NCBI GenBank assembly: GCA_027483175.1
Contig: JAIXVE010000214.1
Span: forward strand, 23,893-87,892
Direction of reading: 5' to 3'
From: Verrucomicrobiaceae bacterium
Lineage (GTDB): Bacteria; Verrucomicrobiota; Verrucomicrobiia; Verrucomicrobiales; V1-33
Length of the DNA: 64,000 nt
Part shown: piece after piece, positions 36,288 through 46,300 of the stretch
How positions within the stretch are numbered: position 1 is the stretch's first letter
Layout of the letters: each line of letters starts with the position of its first letter
The notes under the pieces: generated by a model
Database searches by the model: none
What the model was told of the DNA's origin: nothing
The model's input: only the letters and a program-made list of their open reading frames with translations
Program-made: the position numbers and the translations under genes

Positions 36288-36656
36288 TTACTTGATCTCA
36301 ACCTTGGCACCGGCGGCTTCAAGCTTCTTCTTGATTTCCTCGGCTTCAGCCTTCGGAATGCCCGACTTGATGGCCTTCGGCGCACCTTCAACAAGTGCCT
36401 TGGCTTCCGCGAGACCGAGACCGGCCACCGCACCACGGACTTCCTTAATGACGGCAATCTTGTTGCCGCCGCCTTCAACGAGAATCACGTCGAATTCCGT
36501 CTTCTCTTCAACGGGTGCTGCAGGTCCGCCACCGGCCGGAGCGGCCGTCGCTGCGGCGCTGACGCCCCACTTTTCTTCAAGGGTCTTCACGAGTTCGGAA
36601 GCCTCAAGGATAGTGAGTCCGGAGAGGTCGTCGACGAGTTTGTTAATGTCTGCCAT
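36288..36656 (-). CDS. rplL: 50S ribosomal protein L7/L12
   Basis: 122 aa. [32 protein letters not shown]...[12 protein letters not shown]. Confidence 0.98.
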   Translation of the reverse strand: MADINKLVDDLSGLTILEASELVKTLEEKWGVSAAATAAPAGGGPAAPVEEKTEFDVILVEGGGNKIAVIKEVRGAVAGLGLAEAKALVEGAPKAIKSGIPKAEAEEIKKKLEAAGAKVEIK

Positions 36657-36796
36657 ATGTTTGGGTCAGTATCACCGTTTTCCGGAGCCCCGGAGTGATT
36701 GAGTGCGGCGGCCGCTGCACCGGTGAGGAACTGGGTTGGTTTTTCTGTCTGTTAGTTCTGGGTTTGGAAGTCCGGGCGAAAACGTCCGGAAATGGT

Positions 36797-37324
36797 TCAC
36801 GCGGCGGTTTCCGCAGGAGCTTCTTCGGCGGCCGGCGGGCCACCACCGTCCTTCTCGATCTTCGCGGCGATCGCACGGGCGATGGAAGCCGCGGGAGCGT
36901 TGAGGACACCGAGGAGCTTGGCGAGAAGGTTCTCACGGCTGCCGACTTCGGCAAGCCCCTTGACTTCGTCCGCAGTGAGGAACGAGCCGTCAAGCACACC
37001 GCTCTTGATCACGGGGCGCTGGAACTCCTTGTGCGCACCAGCGATGACCTTCGCCGCAGCACAGACGTCCTTCTGTCCGAAGACAATGGCAGTCTGGCCG
37101 ACGAGATCCTTCTGGAGTTCGACAGGGTAATTCTTGGCGTCACCGGCAGCCTTGATGTAGCTGTTCTTGGAGACGTGGAAGGTGGCATCCACTTCGCGCA
37201 GGTTCTTGCGGATGTTGTTGAACTGCTTCATCGTCAACCCCGTGTAGTCCACGAGGAAGAGGAATGGCGCAGTTTCAAGCCGCTGGAGCAGCTGGGCGAC
37301 GATGGGTTTCTTGTCAGGATTCAT
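36797..37324 (-). CDS. rplJ: 50S ribosomal protein L10
   Basis: 175 aa. Supported by position between rplA and rplL and an L10-like N-terminus (FLFLVDYTGLTMKQFNNIRKNLR). Confidence 0.95.
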   Translation of the reverse strand: MNPDKKPIVAQLLQRLETAPFLFLVDYTGLTMKQFNNIRKNLREVDATFHVSKNSYIKAAGDAKNYPVELQKDLVGQTAIVFGQKDVCAAAKVIAGAHKEFQRPVIKSGVLDGSFLTADEVKGLAEVGSRENLLAKLLGVLNAPAASIARAIAAKIEKDGGGPPAAEEAPAETAA

Positions 37325-37360
37325 GATCCGTTGAAAATAGGGTGAAGTTGGCGGCTGAGA

Positions 37361-38065
37361 TCAGTTGCGGGCGTATTTCGCCGCGTCGATCTTGACCGAC
37401 GGCGTCATCGTCGCGGTGACGTGGATGGTTTCAATGTACTTGCCGCGAGCCGTCGCCGGCTTCGCACGATAGACGGCCTCAATCACAGCCTCGGCATTCT
37501 CGGCCAGTTGCTGGGTCGTAAAGGACGCCTTGCCAACGGGGACGGAAATGTTCCCATTCTTGTCCAGCTTGAAGTCAACCCGACCAGCCTTCACCGCCTT
37601 CACAGCAGCAGCCGTATCGTCAGTCACCGTACCCGTCTTCGGGTTCGGCATCAAACCGCGAGGCCCGAGCTGACGACCGAGCTTCCGGACTTCCGACATC
37701 GCTTCAGTCGTGGCAATCGCGACATCAAAGTCGAGGAAGCCTTCCGTGACCTTCTTGATGAGGTCTTCGTAGCCCACAAACTCAGCACCAGCCGCCTTGG
37801 CAGCCTCGGCGGCATTGCCCTTGGCAAACACCAGCACCGTCACCTTCTTACCCGTACCGTGCGGCAGCGGACAAGTCGAACGGATCATCTGATCGCCCTT
37901 CCGGGGATCGACTCCCATGTGCATCGAGATAGTGACCGATTGGTCGAACTTGGGGGCGGGGAACTTCTTGAGCGCCTCCATGGCTTCCTCGAAGAGGTGA
38001 GTCTTGCCTTCCGTCACGAGTTTGGCGGCGGCCTTGTAGCGTTTGCTGCGTTTAGTTGCGGGCAT
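37361..38065 (-). CDS. rplA: 50S ribosomal protein L1 (234 aa from ATG 38065)
   Basis: The preferred start is [16 protein letters not shown], a typical L1 N-terminus. The 13 extra upstream codons in the track ORF are unlikely to be real. Confidence 0.95.
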   Translation of the reverse strand: MPATKRSKRYKAAAKLVTEGKTHLFEEAMEALKKFPAPKFDQSVTISMHMGVDPRKGDQMIRSTCPLPHGTGKKVTVLVFAKGNAAEAAKAAGAEFVGYEDLIKKVTEGFLDFDVAIATTEAMSEVRKLGRQLGPRGLMPNPKTGTVTDDTAAAVKAVKAGRVDFKLDKNGNISVPVGKASFTTQQLAENAEAVIEAVYRAKPATARGKYIETIHVTATMTPSVKIDAAKYARN

Positions 38066-38237
38066 TGGTTTGTGGCAGTGTTGACGGAGAAGCGGGGCAA
38101 TCAATAGTCCGGTGCAGGCGTCTGTAAAGGCGCTGTCCAGTCTGGAAATTTCTCTGCTGTCTCCTCCTGCGGTTGGTGTTGTTCAGTTCCCGGAGCAGTT
38201 TCGGACAACTCGTCCGCCTCAGCATCCGGAAGGGAGA

Positions 38238-38663
38238 TTATTCGACAATATCGATGCCCATCTGGCGGGCAGTACCAGCGATGATGCGGAATGCCGCCTC
38301 ATCACTGTTGGCGTTCAGGTCAGGCATCTTCTGCTTCGCGACCGCCATGACTTGCGCCTTGGTCAGCTTGGCAACCTTCTCCTTATGCGGCACCTTCGAT
38401 CCGGAGGCAATGTTCGCAGCCTTCTTCAACAGATTGCCAGCAGGTGGCTGCTTGGTGATGAAGGTGAACGATTTGTCCTTATAGACGGTGATGACCACCG
38501 GGAGGACATCGCCAGCCTGCTTCTGGGTGTTCGCATTGAACTCCTTGCAGAACTGCATGATGTTGACACCCGCTTGACCGAGTGCCGGACCGACAGGGGG
38601 CGCCGGATTCGCCGCCCCGGCGGGAATCTGGAGCTTGATGACTTTGACGATTTCTTTGGCCAT
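38238..38663 (-). CDS. rplK: 50S ribosomal protein L11
   Basis: 141 aa. [35 protein letters not shown]. Confidence 0.98.
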   Translation of the reverse strand: MAKEIVKVIKLQIPAGAANPAPPVGPALGQAGVNIMQFCKEFNANTQKQAGDVLPVVITVYKDKSFTFITKQPPAGNLLKKAANIASGSKVPHKEKVAKLTKAQVMAVAKQKMPDLNANSDEAAFRIIAGTARQMGIDIVE

Positions 38664-38743
38664 TGATGGATCAGACTGGAAGTTTGCCCTTAGGAAGTTC
38701 CCTCGCGGACGGCGGGCGGCGGCCGCGAAAATGGTTCACTAGG

Positions 38744-39340
38744 TCAGGAGGACTCCTCCGCCTTCTCGACCTGCCAGAACTCGAGATCTACAGGCGTCGC
38801 TCGGCCGAAAATACTGACCGACACCCGCAGCTTGCCGCGTTCCGGGTCGATTTCCTCGACCAGCCCGATCTGAGCTTCAAACGGTCCGTCATTCACCCGG
38901 ACCGAATCCCCAACCTCGAAGGAAATCTTCGGCTTCACGTGATCGGTGGCTTCGCGGATCTGATTGAGCATCTGCTCAACCTCTTTGGGCCGCATCGGAG
39001 TCGGCTTGTCACGAGTCCCGGCAAAATTAATCACCCCCGGCGTATCCTTGATGAAATACCAACTGCGGTCGACGATCCCACCATGCTCATTGAGCATGTG
39101 CATGTTGATCAGCAGGTAACCCGGGAAAAACTTCCGGCGGCTCTCACTGCGGCGCCCCTTCCCTTTCGTATCCTTCTTGACCTCCGAAACCCGCTCCATC
39201 GGAAGCAACACCTCGTAAACCAAGTCGGTCATCTCTTCCGTGATCATCCGACGGGTCAGGTTGTCCTTGACCTTCTGTTCCTGACCGGACAGGACGTGCA
39301 CGACGAACCACTGGTCTTTAGCGTCAGGAATGGCACCCAT
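38744..39340 (-). CDS. nusG: Transcription termination/antitermination factor NusG
   Basis: 198 aa. NGN domain (WFVVHVLSGQEQKV) and KOW motif (VGDSVRVNDGPFEAQIGLVEEI), with canonical position after secE. Confidence 0.95.
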   Translation of the reverse strand: MGAIPDAKDQWFVVHVLSGQEQKVKDNLTRRMITEEMTDLVYEVLLPMERVSEVKKDTKGKGRRSESRRKFFPGYLLINMHMLNEHGGIVDRSWYFIKDTPGVINFAGTRDKPTPMRPKEVEQMLNQIREATDHVKPKISFEVGDSVRVNDGPFEAQIGLVEEIDPERGKLRVSVSIFGRATPVDLEFWQVEKAEESS

Positions 39341-39415
39341 GAGGAATTGAAGAAAGTCGGATTGGAAAAGTGGTGTGAGTGACCCACGCCGTACGGCGCT
39401 CGGCCAAGGGGCGCT

Positions 39416-39634
39416 TCAGAGGACCTTGGTGAAAAATCCCATGACGTAGGCCATGATGAAATCCCAGAACGCAACCCATGCGCCAAGGAGAACAACCGCC
39501 ACAATCACAACCACAGTGGAATCAGTGAGTTCCTTGAACTTCTTGAAGCCCTTCTCCCGCGCGTCCCATGGCCACGAGGTTTTCTTCAGCTCAAGGCCGA
39601 CGTCGGAAAAGAATTTGCGGATGGAGCCGAACAT
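39416..39634 (-). CDS. secE: Preprotein translocase subunit SecE
   Basis: 72 aa with a single C-terminal TM (VVVIVAVVLLGAWVAFWDFIM), the KKTSWP motif, and a position between tRNA-Trp and nusG. Confidence 0.9.
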   Translation of the reverse strand: MFGSIRKFFSDVGLELKKTSWPWDAREKGFKKFKELTDSTVVVIVAVVLLGAWVAFWDFIMAYVMGFFTKVL

Positions 39635-39676
39635 GGTTCAGAAAGGGGACCGGGGAAAGAGCAAGGAGAACGAAAA

Positions 39677-39752
39677 TGGCACGCGAGGGGGGACTCGAAC
39701 CCACAACCAACGGTTTTGGAGACCGCTACTCTACCAATTGAGCTACTCGCGT
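39677..39752 (-). tRNA. trnW: tRNA-Trp (anticodon CCA), 3' CCA encoded
   Basis: The minus-strand sequence ACGCGAGTAGCTCAATTGGTAGAGTAGCGGTCTCCAAAACCGTTGGTTGTGGGTTCGAGTCCCCCCTCGCGTGCCA folds by eye into a cloverleaf. Anticodon loop is CT-CCA-AA. It sits in the classic tuf / tRNA-Trp / secE position. Confidence 0.9.
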
Positions 39753-39962
39753 AAATTTTTCCGCTTTTCGCGGGATGGCAGCGTGGACGCCGCATTGTAT
39801 CCTGTCAAGCGCACTGCTTCAGGATAATTGTCTTTATTTTGATCCCTGCATCCTTTCAGCGTACGGCGGATGTCCGCCAAAAGGAGCCGGGGTGAGACGG
39901 GGAAAGCAGGGAGGCGTGTGCCGCCCCCCTGCTTCCCTGACCGGTTGCCCGGATTTGATGAA

Positions 39963-41147
39963 TCAGGCGATGATTTCGCCAACCCGACCAGCGCCAACCG
40001 TACGGCCACCCTCACGGATAGCGAAACGCATCGTCTTTTCGAGGGCGATTGGGGTGATCAGTTCGACTTCCATCTGAATGTTGTCGCCAGGCATCACCAT
40101 TTCAACGCCTTCCGGGAGCTTGATGCTGCCGGTCACGTCCGTCGTCCGAACGTAGAACTGCGGACGGTAGTTGTTGAAGAACGGAGTGTGGCGGCCGCCT
40201 TCTTCCTTGGAGAGGACATAGACCTCAGCCTTGAAGTGCCTGTGCGGCTTCACCGAACCCGGCTTCGCGAGCACCTGACCACGCTCAATGTCGTCCTTCT
40301 TCACGCCGCGGAGGAGCAGACCGCAGTTGTCGCCGGCGCGCCCTTCGTCGAGAAGCTTGCGGAACATTTCAATGTCGGTCACCGTCGTCTTGACGGTGTC
40401 CTTGAAGCCGATGATTTCGACTTCTTCCATCTTCTTAATGATCCCACGCTCGATACGGCCAGTCACCACGGTTCCGCGACCTTCGATCGCGAACACGTCT
40501 TCCACCGGCATCAGGAACGGCTGATCAATCGGGCGCTCAGGAAGCGGAATGTACGTGTCAACGCTTTCCATCAGCTTGAGGATGTTCGCCTTGTGCGTGG
40601 CGTCACCCTCGAGGGCCTTCAGCGCGGAACCCTTCGTGATTGGGATTTCATCACCAGGGAAGTCGTACTGGTTGAGCAGGTCGCGGATTTCCATCTCAAC
40701 GAGATCAAGCAGCTCTTGGTCGTCCACCATGTCCACTTTGTTCATGAACACGACGAGCGCAGGAACACCCACCTGACGGGCGAGCAGGATGTGCTCACGG
40801 GTCTGGGGCATCGGACCGTCCGCGGCAGACACCACGAGGATCCCGCCGTCCATCTGGGCGGCACCGGTGATCATGTTTTTCACGTAGTCAGCGTGTCCGG
40901 GACAGTCGACGTGCGCATAGTGCCGGTTTTCGGTTTCGTACTCAACGTGCGCAGTGTTGATCGTGATCCCGCGAGCTTTCTCTTCCGGGGCAGCGTCAAT
41001 GTCCGCGTAGCCCTTCGCTTGGGCAAAGCCCTTTTCGGAGAGGGTCGTGGTGATGGCGGCAGTCAGAGTCGTCTTGCCGTGGTCGACGTGACCGATGGTC
41101 CCGACGTTGACGTGGGGTTTATTCCGCTGAAAGGTGTCCTTGGCCAT
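39963..41147 (-). CDS. tuf: Elongation factor Tu
   Basis: 394 aa with [18 protein letters not shown] and NKVD motifs. Confidence 0.99.
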   Translation of the reverse strand: MAKDTFQRNKPHVNVGTIGHVDHGKTTLTAAITTTLSEKGFAQAKGYADIDAAPEEKARGITINTAHVEYETENRHYAHVDCPGHADYVKNMITGAAQMDGGILVVSAADGPMPQTREHILLARQVGVPALVVFMNKVDMVDDQELLDLVEMEIRDLLNQYDFPGDEIPITKGSALKALEGDATHKANILKLMESVDTYIPLPERPIDQPFLMPVEDVFAIEGRGTVVTGRIERGIIKKMEEVEIIGFKDTVKTTVTDIEMFRKLLDEGRAGDNCGLLLRGVKKDDIERGQVLAKPGSVKPHRHFKAEVYVLSKEEGGRHTPFFNNYRPQFYVRTTDVTGSIKLPEGVEMVMPGDNIQMEVELITPIALEKTMRFAIREGGRTVGAGRVGEIIA

Positions 41148-41219
41148 GGTAGGATGTGGTTGGTTGGTTTGATGTCAGGTTGGGAGGGTGCAGAGAGGCA
41201 TTCGCGCAGGCGAAACTGA

Positions 41220-41294
<75 letters not shown>

Positions 41295-41609
41295 ACGCAG
41301 TCTGCCGGGATGAGGGGACAAAAAACCGTTTCACGCGTGGGCGCCCCATAGGAGCGGACTACATGAAACGGTGAAATTCCGTCACACAACACCCCTGGAG
41401 AAACAGCTTTAACCTGATTCAGCCGCATCCCCCGAACTTTCCCAAGAAAGATCCGAAGTTGCCATCTGAAGCAGATTGAAAGGCCGCTTTCCGCAGGGCG
41501 TGGGGGATGTTAAAGAGCACCCCCAGAGTGTCAATGGCCATTTTTCCATTTTCGAAGATGGCGCTCCGCGGAATCAGGCCACCCCCCACCCGGAAATCGG
41601 AATCCTCAT

Positions 41610-43160
41610 TCAGCGGCGGCCCTTCTTCTTCCCGCCGCCACCCGGGAACCGGAAACCGCCCGGCATCCCTCCTCCCATCCCGGGAAATCCTCCCCGACCC
41701 ATGCCGGGCGGGAGCCCCCCTCCCATCCCCGGCGGCATGCCACCACCCCCACCAAGCAGCCCTCCAAGCCCCCCTCCCGCACCGCCTCCCATTCCTCCCA
41801 TTCCTCCCATTCCTCCCATTCCTCCCATTCCAGCCATCAGCGACCCCATTTTCCCCTTATCTTTCATCATCTTCCGCATTTCGCTGAACTGCTTCAGAAA
41901 CTGATTCAACTCACTGAGCGTGTTGCCGCTCCCGGCAGCAATGCGCGTCCGGCGCCGCCCGTTGATGATCTCAGGTCTGCTCCTCTCTTTCGGGGTCATC
42001 GAAAGGATCATGGCCTCAATGCGGCGGATCTTGTCATCCCCCGCGGCCGCCTTCATCTGCTCCTTCACCTGCTTGAGCTGCTTTCCAACCCCGGGCAGCA
42101 GGCCAAGAAGCCCCATGAGGCCTCCACTGCTCTCCGTCAGCTTCTTCATCATCTTCAATTGATCAAGGAAGTCGTTGAAATTGAACTCGGAAGACATCAT
42201 CCGCTCCATCGTCTTCATCGCCTGCTCCTCGTCGATGACTTCCGCTGCCCGCTCGACCAGACCAACAATGTCCCCCATGCCCAGAATGCGCTGTGCCATC
42301 CGATCAGGCACAAAGGCATCAAGGTGATCCAGCTTCTCTCCCGTACCCGAAAACTTGACCGGTTTGCGCGTCACCGCCCGCATCGAAAGCGCCGCCCCAC
42401 CCCGGGCGTCCCCGTCAAGCTTGGTCAGCACGATCCCCGTAATCCCAACCGCTTCATCAAAAGTCCGCGCGACACTCACCGCCTGCTGACCCGTCGCGGC
42501 ATCCGCAACCAGCAGCACCTCACCCGGATTCAGAAAATCCCGGACGCTCTTCAACTCGGCAATCAGCGCATCATCCACCTCCTGCCGACCCGCGGTGTCG
42601 AAAATCACAGCATTGACGTTCTGAGTCTCAAGCCACTTAAGGCTGTCCTTCACGCACTGAAGCACGTTGGTGCTGCCGGGCGCAGGCTGGTAAACTGGCA
42701 CCCCGATCTCCCGGGCAAGCGTCGCAAGCTGTTCCACCGCAGCAGGCCGGTAAAGATCGCAGGCAACCAGCGCCGGCCGACGCCCGTCCTTCTTCAGCCG
42801 GAGCGCAAGCTTCGCTGATGTCGTCGTCTTCCCCGCCCCGTTGAGCCCAACCATCAGAATCCGAGCCGGCGGGTCGAGCACCAACGGCGCCGCATCCCCA
42901 CCGAGCAGCGCGGTCAGCTCGTCATGGAAGATTTTGACAATCTGCTCACCGGGCTTGATCCCCTTCAGAACATCCTGCCCAAGCGCGCGTTCCTTGACCG
43001 TCGCAATGAAGTCGCGGGCGACCGAAAAATCGACATCCGCCTCAAGCAGCGCCATGCGGACCTCGCGGAGGGCATCGGAGACATTGCTTTCGCTAATCGC
43101 GCCAAGACCGCGCAGTTTCCGGAAGACGTCGTCTAGTTTGTCAGTGAGCGTGCCGAACAT
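41610..43160 (-). CDS. ffh: Signal recognition particle protein Ffh with an extended Gly/Met/Pro-rich C-terminal tail (516 aa from ATG 43160)
   Basis: The preferred start is MFGTLTDKLDDVFRKLRG, a canonical Ffh N-terminus. GTPase motifs are GLNGAGKTTT, DTAGR and TKLD. The tail ...MAGMGGMGGMGGMGGMGGGAGGGLGG...GGGGKKKGRR extends about 60 aa beyond an E. coli-sized Ffh. Confidence 0.95.
   Translation of the reverse strand: MFGTLTDKLDDVFRKLRGLGAISESNVSDALREVRMALLEADVDFSVARDFIATVKERALGQDVLKGIKPGEQIVKIFHDELTALLGGDAAPLVLDPPARILMVGLNGAGKTTTSAKLALRLKKDGRRPALVACDLYRPAAVEQLATLAREIGVPVYQPAPGSTNVLQCVKDSLKWLETQNVNAVIFDTAGRQEVDDALIAELKSVRDFLNPGEVLLVADAATGQQAVSVARTFDEAVGITGIVLTKLDGDARGGAALSMRAVTRKPVKFSGTGEKLDHLDAFVPDRMAQRILGMGDIVGLVERAAEVIDEEQAMKTMERMMSSEFNFNDFLDQLKMMKKLTESSGGLMGLLGLLPGVGKQLKQVKEQMKAAAGDDKIRRIEAMILSMTPKERSRPEIINGRRRTRIAAGSGNTLSELNQFLKQFSEMRKMMKDKGKMGSLMAGMGGMGGMGGMGGMGGGAGGGLGGLLGGGGGMPPGMGGGLPPGMGRGGFPGMGGGMPGGFRFPGGGGKKKGRR
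41782..41835 (-). repeat. In-frame 9-bp tandem repeat (ATTCCTCCC x4 perfect, plus degenerate flanking copies) encoding (GMG)n in the Ffh tail
   Basis: Read directly. The perfect units are at 41791-41826, and 41827-41835 is a degenerate copy (attccagcc). Confidence 0.9.
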
Positions 43161-43336
43161 GGGTGGTGAAATAGGTGTGTGAACGGGTCCCGGGGACGCG
43201 CCACGAATCCATGATGCGGCATGGGCGCTCATGCAAACAAGGAAAGCACCCCGCCAGGTCCCCATTTTCATTGCGTTTCGGAGACCAGTTGTTCACCATC
43301 AGGACGCCCCCTTTTCCCCACACGAATTCTCACGCC

Positions 43337-46300
43337 ATGCGCAATACCCCGATGCCCCTGCTGCTGCGATTTGCAGCAGCCCTCAGCCTGACCGCCGGAC
43401 CGCTGGCCGCCCAGGACGCTGTCATCAGCGAATTCATGGCAGACAACGTCACCGAACTCGCCGATGTCGATGGCCAGTTCGCCGACTGGATCGAGGTCGA
43501 AAACCCCGGCGCCCTGCCCCTGAATCTCGAAAACTGGAGCCTCACCGACGACCCGCTCGTTCCCGGCAAGTGGCGCTTCCCCGCTGTTGTCCTCCAGGGC
43601 GGCGGACGACTCGTGGTCTTTGCCTCCGGGAAGAACCGCCGCGACCCGACTAAACAGCTCCATACCAATTTCGCGCTCGAATCCAGCGGCGGATACCTCG
43701 CCATCGTGCGCCCTGACGGGAGTCTTCGCCCCAGCGAATGGAACCCCTACCCGCCACAGCGCGAAGACATCAGCTTCGGAGCGGCTCAGGATGTCGTCAG
43801 TCAGCCTCTCTTGAACACCAGCGCCGGCCGCGCCTTCGTCCCGACCTCCGGTCAGGCACCACCTCAGGGCTGGAACGAACAAGGGTTCAGCCCCGACGCA
43901 TCCTGGAACGCAACCACCTTCCCCCCAGGCATCGGCTTCGACACCACCGCCCCGGCCCCGCCGCCCGCCAATCTCGCACGCTCAGGAGTCGCCGTGCAGA
44001 GCACCACACAGGCAACCTTCAACGCAAGCCTCGCCAACGACGGGCTCCTCAATAACTTCTCCCACACCGCCACCGCCGACGCAGCCCCATTCTGGAACGT
44101 CGACCTCGGCAGCGGCGCAGTCATCAGCACCATCACCGTGCGGAACCGCGGCGACAACTGCTGCGGCAGCCGCCTGCGCGACATCACCATCGAGGTGCTC
44201 GACGACGCCCTCAATCCAGTCTTCACCTCGGCTCTCCTCAATCCCGAAAACACTGGGTTCGTCTACCCGGCAGGCCCTGTCTCTCTCTCCGTGGACCTCG
44301 TTGCCCTCACCGGCGGTGCCGTCTCCGGACGCCATGTGCGCGTCTCCCGGAAAGCGGACCCTGACCTCTCCGGCACAGGAGGCCAGGGAGACACCAACGA
44401 ACAGAACGTCCTCTCCATGGGCGAAGTCGAAGTCATGGGGACCGCGCCCGGCGCCGTCGTGAACCTCGCCCGAACCGGCAGCCCCGCGCCGGTGGCCACT
44501 CAGACGACCACCCTGAGCACCTACACCGCCTCGCTCGGCATCAATGGCAACAACGCGGACTTCACTCACACCGTCAACACAGACACCACTCCAGCGTGGA
44601 CCCTGAACCTGAACCGCAGGGCGGCCATTTCGTCTGTCAACATTCGCAACCGGGAGGGCTGCTGCCCGGAACGGTTGCGCAATATCACCGTCCAGATCCT
44701 CGACACCAACGGCACCACCATCCTCCACACCTCGCCCGTCCTGAATCCTGACAACGTGCTCGGCGGCCCCGCCGAACTCATCTACGACACCGCAGCCGCC
44801 AACGGCGGCAATCCGATCTTCGGTCAATTCGTCAGGATCCGCCGCACCACCGAAGCCGCCGCCACGGACGACGCCCGCGTCCTCTCCATGGCGGAAGTCC
44901 AGGTCCGCGGCACCGAACTCAACGGCTACCGCCCTTACATCCGCACAGACCTCCAGAGCGCCATGCTCAACAGGTCTTCCACCGCTTACTGGCGGATTCC
45001 CTTCTCCTCACCCAATGCCGCCGTCTTCAATTCCCTGAGACTCCGGCTCCGCTACGACGACGGTTTCACCGCATGGCTCAACGGCACGAAAATCGCCGAA
45101 CGCAACGCCCCCACCAACCCCGGGCCTTCCAGCACCGCCACCACCGACCGCCCATTCAGCGAAGGCTACCTCGCAGAAACCATCGACTTCGCCGCCGCCC
45201 TGCCCCTCCTCAGTACCGCCGGACCTAACGTGCTCGCCATCCACGGCCTCAACTCGTCCGCCGCCGATGACAATTTCCTCCTCCAGCCGGAACTGACCGC
45301 CACCTACGTCAATACCACTCCCAACGTCTTCCTCAGCAACGCCACCCCAGGCGCACCCAACGAAAGCCCGTGGTACATCGGCGAGGTCGCCGACACCAAC
45401 TTCAGCCACAAACGCGGCTTCTACGACACTGCCTTCCAGCTCACCATCAGCTCCGCAACACCCGGAGCCCAGATCTACTACACCACCAACACCAGCGATC
45501 CAACCCCGCAAACCGGCACGCTCTACACCGGCCCGATCACCATCAGCAGCACACCCAACACCTCCACCAGCGGTGCCCGCGTCATCAGAGCCCGCGCCTA
45601 CCTGCCAAACTGGAAACCGACCAACATCGACACCCACACCTACATCTTCACCGCCGATGTCACCGGCCCGCCACGGGTTTCCCTTTCCACCGCCGGAGCA
45701 GTGTCCGGCTCCGCTGCCAACATCCCCCCCGGCTGGCCCACCAACGCCGCCACCAATGGCGGCCAGGCCTTCATCTGGGGCTTCGACGCCGGCGTCAAAG
45801 CAACCTACACCGCCGCCCAGGTCCGCGAAGCACTCGCTCAGATCCCCGTCATCTCCGTCGTCACCCAGCAGAATAACCTCACCGACCCGCTCACCGGAAT
45901 CTATGTCAACGGCATCCAGCGCGGCCAGGCATGGGAACGGCCAGGCAGCATCGAAATGCTCGACCTCACCAAACCCGGCGCAACCCCCACAGAAGGTCAC
46001 GGCCAATTCAAAAGCGGCTGCGGCCTTCGCATCCGCGGCGGTGCCAGCCGCGCTGATTCCAGCACCAAACACAGCTTCCGCGTCTTCTTCCGCAGCGAAT
46101 ACGGCGACGGTAAACTCAACTACCGTCTCTACGGCCCCGACGGTGCCGCAGAATTCGACACCTTCGACCTCCGCGGCAGCCAGAACTACTCATGGAGCCA
46201 GAACGCCACCGACGCCAACGAAACCATGGTCCGTGACCCGTTCTGCCGCATGACCCTGGCCGCCATGGGCCAGCCCAGCACCCGCACCCGCTACTGCCAC

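Noticed and set aside
39794-39808. TTGACAggaTACAAT (minus strand) upstream of tRNA-Trp, i.e. consensus -35 and -10 hexamers
   Set aside because: The two hexamers are only 3 nt apart, so they cannot act together as a sigma-70 promoter. TACAAT alone may be a -10 (41 nt before the tRNA 5' end), but the corresponding -35 (ctgaag) is poor. It is therefore not reported as a feature.
39870-41219. 449-aa plus-strand ORF
   Set aside because: It is antisense to tuf and runs across the tRNA-Thr region, so it is a shadow ORF.
41295-41609. 315-nt gene-free gap between ffh and tRNA-Thr, checked for additional tRNAs and for SRP (4.5S) RNA
   Set aside because: There is no T-loop-like GTTCRANNC sequence on either strand and no GGAAGGAAGCAGCC-type SRP RNA core. 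Only weak hairpins are present (for example ACCGTTTCA-N30-TGAAACGGT). The gap is probably promoter or leader sequence.
41782-41835. Short tandem repeat considered as a possible CRISPR or noncoding satellite
   Set aside because: The period is 9 bp with no spacers. It lies in frame inside the ffh coding sequence and encodes (GMG)n, so it is a coding microsatellite and not a CRISPR array.
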